This document shows, piece after piece, positions 29,597 through 37,441 of a DNA stretch of 64,000 bases (position 1 is the stretch's first letter; every line of letters begins with the position of its first letter). The translations under genes and the position numbers were made by a program. Location of the stretch: positions 30,028 through 94,027 of the IMG/VR virus record IMGVR_UViG_3300046170_000478; one strand, written 5' to 3'. The stretch is from a virus. The notes below the pieces were generated by a model, which did no database searches, was not told the DNA's origin, and saw only the letters and a program-made list of their open reading frames with translations.

Positions 29597-30713
29597 GTGG
29601 CTCACGGTAAACTCTAAAAAATTCTAAGTCAAGATAAAAATGATCTAAATTTTTTCGTTCATTTAAATCAAAATAGCTAGGATAAATCTCGTCTCCACAA
29701 ACAATTTTTTTATTACTTTTAATTTTAATTGTATTAAAATCGTCGATATCAATCCTTTTTTTATTATTCTCAATAATAGCCTCAGTATCTAGATAATTAA
29801 TTAGCTGATCAAAGTTTTTTGATCTTTCTTCAGTGAGGTTATCTGAAGAGGTGCATATTGTGATAGTGGGTATACCCTGATCTTTTACAAGTTTACAGAA
29901 ATCAAGATCAAACAAATCCGCTTTATATATTAACTTTTTTATTCTCTTGGATTTAATCAGGCTCTCGCTAATGGGTTTTGAAGTAGTAACTTCAACTTTA
30001 TTTCTTTGTAGAATATGATACAGGACTTCTTCGTTATGAGCGTAGTCCATCCTTACATCGATATGATCAGACACAATATTTGTGCGCTTTATCGGTACAA
30101 CCTCGTAAAAATCTGACTTATAATTACCCCCAATGAAAATAGTTTCATGAACAACTTTCTCATCGATCTCTAAAACATCAAGAACAGCTTGAGCGATCTC
30201 CTCTGGTTTTATGAAATTAATTGTTTTTGGATTTTCCTCTAAAGAAAATGAGGGTTTTTTTCCACCTCTATCTGATTCAATTGTTATCGCTTTTGTTTTA
30301 TCATTCCAAAGCGGAGAACATGTGTCTGCATATGTGTGAGCATAGATACCTACAACGGGCTTATCTAATGCAGAAGCTATGTGAACAGGGACGCTATCAA
30401 TCCCGACATGTCCCAGAGAGTTTTTTATAATATATGCAGATTGCTTCAGAGTTTCTGTGGGCATATGAGCATCTACGCCGTCAATTGTTTTTTCTCCTTT
30501 AGCTCCGACTTGGATGATTTTAATATCTCCCAAATGCGTTTTAAGAAGTTCAACAACATCAACCCACATGTCATATTCTTTCGCCTGAACTTTCTTGTCA
30601 TTATGAATTGTAATATACTTATCGTATAAAACTGGGAAATAATGAGGATTCAATACTGGTTTACCAATCTTTACTCCGCATGATTTGGCGTATTCCTCTG
30701 CTAGATGGCTCAT
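29583..30713 (-). CDS. GT9 (heptosyltransferase-like) C-terminal domain protein with extra C-terminal domain
   Basis: YITIH...AKEYDMW...IIQVG...TLKQSAYIIKNSLGHVGIDSVPVHIASALDKPVVGIY. Confidence 0.7.
   Translation of the reverse strand: MSHLAEEYAKSCGVKIGKPVLNPHYFPVLYDKYITIHNDKKVQAKEYDMWVDVVELLKTHLGDIKIIQVGAKGEKTIDGVDAHMPTETLKQSAYIIKNSLGHVGIDSVPVHIASALDKPVVGIYAHTYADTCSPLWNDKTKAITIESDRGGKKPSFSLEENPKTINFIKPEEIAQAVLDVLEIDEKVVHETIFIGGNYKSDFYEVVPIKRTNIVSDHIDVRMDYAHNEEVLYHILQRNKVEVTTSKPISESLIKSKRIKKLIYKADLFDLDFCKLVKDQGIPTITICTSSDNLTEERSKNFDQLINYLDTEAIIENNKKRIDIDDFNTIKIKSNKKIVCGDEIYPSYFDLNERKNLDHFYLDLEFFRVYREPHEQE
29604..29632 (-). promoter_or_regulatory. sigma70-type promoter, leaderless
   Basis: TTGACT-N17-TACCGT on the - strand, ending 7 nt before ATG 29596. 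Confidence 0.45.
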
Positions 30714-32425
30714 CGTAACTCAAATTGTGTTTTATCTTTACCGTTATGGAGATAGTTTAAATGTTTTTGCGTCCCAATATTAGGTAAAAAAGCCATGTCA
30801 AAATACCCCTGATGATCTCCCTTCCCTTCTAGCATTAATAGGTTTTGAAGACTATCTTGATATGGAAGGATTTTATGAACGCTTGGATTATCCTCAATCA
30901 TTTGATAAAATTGAGGTTTAGTAAATACATATATATTTTTTTCTGGATATAAATCTTTAAGATTTTTCATTAAAGAATTCAGGATGAGAATATCTCCAGC
31001 TGATTCAGGAAGAACAACGGCGATTCTATTAGAAATGCCTTCATCGCCTAATACATCTTCAATCCCTAAGGTCTTGCGAGAGTCTTCAGCCTCTTCTTCT
31101 TTAACTTCAGGTTTTTTTAGGTTTAAGAGGACTTTCTTCAGTTTTTCTACTGTAGACTGTACTGAAAACTCCTTCTTTACGTATTCCATACCCTTCTCCG
31201 CTAGAACCATAGTGTCAACTTCTGTCATCCCACGCACCATTTTCAACTTTGCAGCTATATCCTTCGGGCAAGTCGATGCTTTAATAAACTGAGTGCTAGG
31301 TTCTCTATATGAATTCCATTTTAGAGGGATTCCCCCTTGATGTTCATAGCACGAATCTGTTCCACAGGAATATTCCGTGACTAAAGTCACTAGACCCGCT
31401 GCTTTAGCCTCTTGAATCGGCAACTCTTGTCCTCCGCTTGTAAATGGATGACAATAAACATCCATACAATTATAGAGTTCGTTCAACTGTTTTTCATTAA
31501 TTCCCTTCGCGCTATTTTTAGTTTTAAACGATTTTTCTTTTTTACAACGTGGGCAGTCCTTGTCTTCTCCTTGGTAAGGTGCAATGTGGTAATAATCACA
31601 AGCATGGCAAAGGTAAGTGGACAATACATCATCCTGATCGATATCCATTTCTTTAAGATACCTTGGTATATCCCAGCCATGAGATGTTTCCCCCCAATCT
31701 GTATGTAATAGTAATTTTGCGTTAACATTCGGGTTTTCTTCTTTGAAGATCTTAAATCCCTCTAAAAGATTGGGTACTGATTTCCTCAATTGGTTCTTAA
31801 AAACAAATCCTATTACATAACTTGAGTCTAAACCAAATCTCTCTCTTACCGCAGACCTATAATCCATTGGTTTGAAATGAGAGTAATCAACAGCCCCATG
31901 AATTGTCTCTACATTTTTATGTCCGAGCTTCTTCATTTCTTCCTCTGCAAATGATGCCCACACTAACATCTTATCACAGTGAGGCTCCATTTGTTTTGCT
32001 TGATCCAGTATCGGGAGGCTATCTAAAGTCGTCCAAAGAACTTTGTTAATTTTATTCCACCAAGGTTTTTTATGATATTCAGAAAAGGCCCAAATATCTT
32101 CAATCCCAAGATATACGTCTGGTTTAGATTTTTCTACAATTTCGTCTATCGTATAATAACCATATTGAGCCATTCTTTCTTTTTGACCATTCCCTTGAAT
32201 TGATCTTAAGACTGATGGATCACTGGGGTGAGTCCCATACGACTCCCAAGGGGTCAGTAAGTCTGCTCCAAATTTTGCGCCGTTTCCAGCTTCAATAACT
32301 TCAATGTGTGGGTCATTATGTAATGCTAACAAAATATTTTTAGCATTTTTCCCAAACCCCGTAACAAGTCTGCTATGATTAGAGTGTATTAAGACCCTTA
32401 GTTTTTTAGAATGGGACTCCATCAT
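30710..32425 (-). CDS. GT4 glycosyltransferase with zinc ribbon and GT9 N-terminal domain
   Basis: TGFG, KNQLRK, LYNCMDVYCHPFTSGGQELPIQEAKAAG (GT4). CHAC...CPRC insert. C-terminal RIAVVLPESAGDILI...NPSVHKIL (GT9 N-lobe). Confidence 0.8.
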   Translation of the reverse strand: MMESHSKKLRVLIHSNHSRLVTGFGKNAKNILLALHNDPHIEVIEAGNGAKFGADLLTPWESYGTHPSDPSVLRSIQGNGQKERMAQYGYYTIDEIVEKSKPDVYLGIEDIWAFSEYHKKPWWNKINKVLWTTLDSLPILDQAKQMEPHCDKMLVWASFAEEEMKKLGHKNVETIHGAVDYSHFKPMDYRSAVRERFGLDSSYVIGFVFKNQLRKSVPNLLEGFKIFKEENPNVNAKLLLHTDWGETSHGWDIPRYLKEMDIDQDDVLSTYLCHACDYYHIAPYQGEDKDCPRCKKEKSFKTKNSAKGINEKQLNELYNCMDVYCHPFTSGGQELPIQEAKAAGLVTLVTEYSCGTDSCYEHQGGIPLKWNSYREPSTQFIKASTCPKDIAAKLKMVRGMTEVDTMVLAEKGMEYVKKEFSVQSTVEKLKKVLLNLKKPEVKEEEAEDSRKTLGIEDVLGDEGISNRIAVVLPESAGDILILNSLMKNLKDLYPEKNIYVFTKPQFYQMIEDNPSVHKILPYQDSLQNLLMLEGKGDHQGYFDMAFLPNIGTQKHLNYLHNGKDKTQFELR

Positions 32426-32984
32426 CTTCGTCTTCAGTTACCTCTTGTTTAGGCTCTTCGTATTGTTTTTTTTCGTATTTGGGTTTTTGATTCTGATAAG
32501 AGTCAGCTACAACGAAAGAGTCTAAAATATACTTTTTCATTAGTTCTCCGAGAACCTCTGTTTCTCCAGCTTCTAAGGGAAGCTTGAATGTCTGAGAAGA
32601 ATTTCTCGTTACAGTGAACCCAAATGCAGGGGTTTCAAGCCATTCTTCCCCATCTTTATTCATAATTTTTCTTTTTTTATCCCAAGGCGTGAATTTAATG
32701 ATCGTAGTGTCTTTATCCCGTCTATGGAAGGCTACGAAAGGAATTCTGGTTTTTAGTGAAGATAAAATTTCTCCAGCTTCATTAGCTGTTAACTTAATGG
32801 TTCCAGACTTTTCTGGATTTTTAGCATTTTCTTTAAAAGAACCGCTTTTGGTTTGATCATTCCAGCTGTGTTGTTGAATCATAGAGACGTACATCACTGC
32901 ATTTCCCTTCTTGTCTTTTGCGATATCAAAACTGAATGCAGATCCTGCATTTTTAGAGTTTGGCTTATAAAGAGTAAATTTCAT
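32406..32984 (-). CDS. ssDNA-binding protein, Whirly-like fold, with SSB-type acidic tail
   Basis: LYK...AFSF, IKLTANEAGEILSSL...AFH and LPLEAGETEVL resemble Whirly. Ends EDEDDGVPF. Confidence 0.6.
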   Translation of the reverse strand: MKFTLYKPNSKNAGSAFSFDIAKDKKGNAVMYVSMIQQHSWNDQTKSGSFKENAKNPEKSGTIKLTANEAGEILSSLKTRIPFVAFHRRDKDTTIIKFTPWDKKRKIMNKDGEEWLETPAFGFTVTRNSSQTFKLPLEAGETEVLGELMKKYILDSFVVADSYQNQKPKYEKKQYEEPKQEVTEDEDDGVPF

Positions 32985-32991
32985 TGAATTT

Positions 32992-32997
32992 GTGTAA
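32992..32997 (+). promoter_or_regulatory. GTGTAA late-promoter element
   Basis: 25 nt upstream of ATG 33023. Confidence 0.45.
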
Positions 32998-33022
32998 TTT
33001 ATAGAAGATAATCTATTGTATC

Positions 33023-33859
33023 ATGGCTTTTAATAAAATTCAACCTGAACAGATCCAATTGCACACTTTCTTTAGTGACTCTGGAGATCTAAATATAACT
33101 CAAACAAATACAGGAGTTAAAATCAATGTTTCTAGGAACTTGACGGGTGATTTTTCTTTTACGGGAAATTTGACTAATAACGGTAAATCAATTGCGAGTT
33201 TTGCTCAGAAAACTAATAACATCTATAATACAAATAGTGGAAACTTTTTGTTTCTAGGTAGCAATACTGAAATCGGAGATGGACTAAATGCATATAATAA
33301 TTTCGCAATTTCATGCAATGACAGTAGCATTAGTGGAATTAACAATGCTGTTTTCCGCGCAGATTCTGTAGAATTCAGGACAGGTAGTCAAGAAAATGTT
33401 TGCTTGGCTGGGCATGGTATAACGTTTACTGACACTGCAACGGGCAGTGTCGTCTTAAAAGATAACCTAACCACAAACTCAATTACCGTAAGTCAGCAAG
33501 ACGCCTTATATGCGAAATTTAGTTCTGGTCATTTCTTCCAAGGTGGAGACACTTATTTCCAACAGAGTTTAAGTGTAGACGGAACTGGCATATTTAGTGG
33601 TCAATTAGATGTTCTGAGCGATGCGGTGTTAAGCGGTAGCACCATTGTCAATGAACAAATGTTGAACGGCCCTCACACTGTAACGGGAATCGTAAGATAT
33701 CAGACGGGATTCGCCCTCCCTAAATGGTTGGGTAATAGCATGGGAGCTTCTGAAGGATCTCCTGTAACGGAAGCAACAGGAGCACTCGCCATCTCAGGAT
33801 CTACTTTATGCGTATTTATTGGAGGGAGTTGGGCTGGAATCGGTTTAACCTCCATTTAA
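33023..33859 (+). CDS. orphan virion fibre/decoration protein (putative), [ST]G-rich
   Basis: Beta-rich. 16 of 33 Gly are preceded by S/T. C-terminal GALAISGSTLCVF..GSW is fibre-like. Confidence 0.5.
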   Translation: MAFNKIQPEQIQLHTFFSDSGDLNITQTNTGVKINVSRNLTGDFSFTGNLTNNGKSIASFAQKTNNIYNTNSGNFLFLGSNTEIGDGLNAYNNFAISCNDSSISGINNAVFRADSVEFRTGSQENVCLAGHGITFTDTATGSVVLKDNLTTNSITVSQQDALYAKFSSGHFFQGGDTYFQQSLSVDGTGIFSGQLDVLSDAVLSGSTIVNEQMLNGPHTVTGIVRYQTGFALPKWLGNSMGASEGSPVTEATGALAISGSTLCVFIGGSWAGIGLTSI

Positions 33860-34236
33860 TCCATATCAATCTTTATTGATTTATTCTCAAAACTAGTTTG
33901 ATTATCTGCAATGTGCTTTTTGCCGATGTCCCTTTCGTAGTCTTTGAAGTGTTTAGTCTTAACGGGGTCTTGTCCTCCATGTTTGTCTGCTCGTTTCTGG
34001 CTCAACTCTTCAGAATAGCTCATCATATCTCCCACAGTACCCTTCATTTTCCCTGTCTTCTCAACGAAGGCGTTAGAGTTAAAGGGGTCATCGTTACTTG
34101 ATATCGAGGCATGTGGAACTGTGAATACTCTTCGCCATTCCTCTCCGTCTTTTGAGAAAGTATGGGGGTCATTCATTCCCTGAATAACCTCCTCGTACTC
34201 GTCTTTCGTGGGGTGTTTATATAGGTATATTGCCAT
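33856..34236 (-). CDS. FmdB-like protein with degenerate (Cys-less) zinc ribbon
   Basis: MAIYLYK...EVIQGMND...WRRVFTVP pattern. Confidence 0.5.
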   Translation of the reverse strand: MAIYLYKHPTKDEYEEVIQGMNDPHTFSKDGEEWRRVFTVPHASISSNDDPFNSNAFVEKTGKMKGTVGDMMSYSEELSQKRADKHGGQDPVKTKHFKDYERDIGKKHIADNQTSFENKSIKIDMD

Positions 34237-34523
34237 TATATAACTTCTATTTTTCTTCTTCCTATTACACTCTTTTTGGGGAGAGTTACTGTAAGAAGAC
34301 CGTTCTTCATATTTGATACTATATTTTCAATAGAGACAATTCCATATAAATTTAATTTAAAATGACTTTGTCTATCTTCATTTTTAGCATCAATTATTAA
34401 TTTTGAATTTGTAGCTGTAACATCAAGATCTTTTTTTGAGAAACCTGCTAGTTCAAATTGAGCGATATAATCGTCTCCGTTATCTTTGATTTCACTTTTA
34501 TTTGTATTATATGAGTAATTCAT
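34236..34523 (-). CDS. small heat-shock protein (Hsp20)
   Basis: ELAGFSKKDLDV...MKNGLLTVTLPK...RKIEV. ATG at 34523. Confidence 0.85.
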   Translation of the reverse strand: MNYSYNTNKSEIKDNGDDYIAQFELAGFSKKDLDVTATNSKLIIDAKNEDRQSHFKLNLYGIVSIENIVSNMKNGLLTVTLPKKSVIGRRKIEVI

Positions 34524-34555
34524 ATTTTCTATATAACACAACTCATGCCAAGGCT

Positions 34556-35641
34556 CTAATCCCCATAGATACGAGATAAAATAGCGTCTATGCTTTTGGC
34601 ATATGTAAAGTTGTCGCGCAATTTTGTCCCATCTGTGTTTTTTTGTCCCACTTTCTCTAAGGCTTCATCAAATCCCTTTTGAATGTCGTCTGCATTCAAT
34701 TTATAATATTCCCCCTGATTAAAAGACATCCCTTCTCTAAAAAAGAAATTATCATAACAAGGTTGTTTACCGATTGGATCTACGAGAATGCTATTATTTT
34801 CTGTTGCCCAGTCTTTATGGGAAGAACAGTTGCTCACTATGGACCATTTGCCAAGAGCGGTCGCGTTGAAAGCAGGAAGATTCCAACCCTCTCCATTTGA
34901 AAGTCCAGAAAGATCTATATCAATTGAATTCATGAAATCATTCACTTCTGAATTTGTCTTCAAGTGGGGTAAGAAATTAATGTTTGACCAACTCTGTCCA
35001 CTTAGAGAATTATTGATTGCCTGATTCATCTGCTCTCCATTTAAAAATGGGTTCGCAACAAGACAAGATAATTGGTATTTTGGGTTATTCCCGAATTTCT
35101 GAGTCCATAATTGGATGATGGCCTGTGTGTTTTTTCTTCTTTCAAATTTGCCAACTAAACCGAAATGGATTGTATCTTTTAGGTATTCTTTTCCTGTTTC
35201 TTCAAAATCTTGATCAAACCCAAGGGGGACATGGCTGACATTGTCGCAACCTTTATCTTTAAACGCTTGGGCTGCTTCTGACGATGAGAAAAATACATGG
35301 TTTTGAAGATTGACTATATTGACTTCCTCTTCCGTAGGGGAATCAAGTTCGTAAAATGTATAAAGAAATTGGTTGGGTAGAACTTTTTCGGAACCATTAA
35401 TGTGCCAAACCTTTAGGGATGGCGTATTTTTGTCTAATTTTTTCAGTCTAGTGGCTGAAATATTACTGACCCATTGTTGGAAATCTTTGGGGATTTTGTC
35501 GTAAGCAGAGAAATCACCTTTATCTCCTATTGGGAAAAAAGAGATTTCAAGGTCTTTTTCTTTGAGTTCTCTTAGAAAATTTACTGTTACATTCCCTAAA
35601 CTGAGTGAGTTTATTGGTCCTTCAAAATTTAATCTTTTCAT
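34556..35641 (-). CDS. GT4 glycosyltransferase
   Basis: HVPLGFD, GLVGKFERRKN and SNGEGWNLPAFNATALGK. Confidence 0.8.
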   Translation of the reverse strand: MKRLNFEGPINSLSLGNVTVNFLRELKEKDLEISFFPIGDKGDFSAYDKIPKDFQQWVSNISATRLKKLDKNTPSLKVWHINGSEKVLPNQFLYTFYELDSPTEEEVNIVNLQNHVFFSSSEAAQAFKDKGCDNVSHVPLGFDQDFEETGKEYLKDTIHFGLVGKFERRKNTQAIIQLWTQKFGNNPKYQLSCLVANPFLNGEQMNQAINNSLSGQSWSNINFLPHLKTNSEVNDFMNSIDIDLSGLSNGEGWNLPAFNATALGKWSIVSNCSSHKDWATENNSILVDPIGKQPCYDNFFFREGMSFNQGEYYKLNADDIQKGFDEALEKVGQKNTDGTKLRDNFTYAKSIDAILSRIYGD

Positions 35642-36218
35642 TATCTATTCTTTGGCTTAATTCTAATATCGCTTTGTCATGTATATTTATACATCCCTGT
35701 GCAGAAAGATTTAATATACTAGCAATTTCCTTCCAAGGTTTTAACTTGCCTCTCTTTCCACAAAAATACCTCTCGTGGAAGATTATTTTCAAGCGACCAT
35801 CTTGGTGTTTTTCTATAAGATTAATAATTCTAGAGAAAGAATCACTCATATCACAAGACTGATCGGGAGTGTATCCTTTATCTTTTTGACAAAATTGTAT
35901 TTCATCAAAATTTGAAGTGAACCGATTGTTTTTGTTTTTCGTTTTCTGGGTCAGGCACATATATTTGGTCTTATTTGCCAAATGAGTTGAAAACTTAGCC
36001 CTAGTTTCATCATACTCTAGGGCTGCTTTGTAAATTACGTAGTCTTTTTCCCCCATTATATCGTATACTTGATTTTTGGTAAGACAATTTGACCCAAATT
36101 TTTTAAGCATATCAACGTAAATGCCTGAATGCCTAGAAATTAGCTCATTCAGGGCTACTTCATTATTATCCTCTCTAATTAGTGCGGTTAAATCAGAATC
36201 TGTAAGATTATTGATCAC
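35622..36218 (-). CDS. phage RNA polymerase sigma70-family factor
   Basis: Region 2 ALNELISRH...IYKAALEYDETRAKFSTHL and region 4 HTH PWKEIASILNLSAQGCINIHDKAI. Confidence 0.8.
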   Translation of the reverse strand: MINNLTDSDLTALIREDNNEVALNELISRHSGIYVDMLKKFGSNCLTKNQVYDIMGEKDYVIYKAALEYDETRAKFSTHLANKTKYMCLTQKTKNKNNRFTSNFDEIQFCQKDKGYTPDQSCDMSDSFSRIINLIEKHQDGRLKIIFHERYFCGKRGKLKPWKEIASILNLSAQGCINIHDKAILELSQRIDNEKIKF

Positions 36219-36227
36219 TTTTTTCTT

Positions 36228-36255
36228 ACTATAAGTAAAAATTAAAAAAAATCAA
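36228..36255 (-). promoter_or_regulatory. sigma70-type promoter for the sigma gene
   Basis: TTGATT-N16-TATAGT on the - strand, ending 9 nt before GTG 36218. Confidence 0.5.
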
Positions 36256-36279
36256 GTAAAATCTTATAAAATTTTATTC

Positions 36280-36307
36280 TTGACAGGCTGGAATCTTAGC
36301 TTAATAT
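36280..36307 (+). promoter_or_regulatory. sigma70-type promoter facing a non-coding palindrome
   Basis: TTGACA-N16-TAATAT. Confidence 0.5.
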
Positions 36308-36389
36308 AAGAAATATATCGTATTGGAAACGCTCGTATGGGATACGTATTTAAATAATATTCCATACGATACCCATACGTTTATATTAA
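36301..36389. repeat. long imperfect inverted repeat with CGTATGG/CCATACG units
   Basis: TTAATATAA...TCGTATTGG..TCGTATGGGATA-[TATTTAAATA]-TATTCCATACGA..CCCATACG..TTATATTAA. Confidence 0.75.
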
Positions 36390-36425
36390 TTTAAATGAGC
36401 TTCGCTCTTTTTAATAAAAAGAGGG

Positions 36426-36460
36426 TTGACTCAGTTCTGACAAAGGCATATTCTGTGTAA
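36426..36460 (+). promoter_or_regulatory. dual promoter for RNR operon
   Basis: TTGACT-N17-TATTCT immediately followed by GTGTAA (36455-36460), 9 nt before ATG 36470. Confidence 0.5.
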
Positions 36461-36469
36461 AATTACAAG

Positions 36470-37441
36470 ATGATCTTTGACGAACAAATTTCCAGAAAGC
36501 CTGACCATTATTCATGGGCAGGAGAATTTATCGAGGCAATGCACAACGGATTCTGGACGGACAAAGAGTTCAGTTTCGCTTCTGATATTCAAGATTTCAA
36601 CGTGGTGCTCGATGATCAAGAAAAAGAGATTATCGTTAGGACTCTTTCGGCAATTGGTCAGATTGAGGTCGCTGTTAAAAAATTCTGGAGTAAATTAGGA
36701 GATAATTTACCTCATCCGTCTCTTAGTGATTTGGGCTTTGTTATGGCCAATGTTGAAGTTATTCACAACAATGCTTATGAGAGACTCCTTGAGGTGCTAG
36801 GACTAGAAGAGGTTTTTGAAGAAAATCTTAAACTAGATTTCATACAGGGTCGAGTAAACTATTTGCGGAAATATACACACAAGTTTTACAAAAATAGCAA
36901 GAAGCAGTATGTTTATGCTTTAATCCTATTTACTCTTTTTGTAGAGAATGTGTCGTTGTTTTCTCAATTTTACGTAATAAACTGGTTTGCTCGTAATAAA
37001 AATGTCCTAAAAGATACTGACCAGCAAGTGAAGTATACAAGGAACGAAGAGAATATTCACGCTCTCGTAGGCATGAAGCTGATTAATACTATTCGGGAAG
37101 AACACCCAGAATTTTTTGATGAAGAACTTGAGGAAAAAATAGCTCAAGAAGCAGTATGTGCTTTTGAAGCTGAGAGTAAGATTGTTGATTGGATGATCAA
37201 CGGAATTCGTCAAAAAGGCTTGAACGCTATTGTATTGAAAGAGTTCATTAAAAATAGAATTAATGAGTCCATGCAACAAATTGGTTTCAAACAACCTTTT
37301 GAAGTTGACAAAAATCTGCTAAAAGATACAATCTGGTTTGAAGAGGAGTTACTTGGAAATAATGCCACGGACTTTTTTTATTCCAGACCTGTAGAATATT
37401 CAAAAAATTCTCAGACTTATAATGCAGACGACCTATTCTAA
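36470..37441 (+). CDS. nrdB: ribonucleotide reductase beta subunit (class Id-like)
   Basis: QIEVAVKKFW, EVIHNNAY, VENVSLFSQF, EENIH and DFF..RPVEYSK. Confidence 0.92.
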   Translation: MIFDEQISRKPDHYSWAGEFIEAMHNGFWTDKEFSFASDIQDFNVVLDDQEKEIIVRTLSAIGQIEVAVKKFWSKLGDNLPHPSLSDLGFVMANVEVIHNNAYERLLEVLGLEEVFEENLKLDFIQGRVNYLRKYTHKFYKNSKKQYVYALILFTLFVENVSLFSQFYVINWFARNKNVLKDTDQQVKYTRNEENIHALVGMKLINTIREEHPEFFDEELEEKIAQEAVCAFEAESKIVDWMINGIRQKGLNAIVLKEFIKNRINESMQQIGFKQPFEVDKNLLKDTIWFEEELLGNNATDFFYSRPVEYSKNSQTYNADDLF

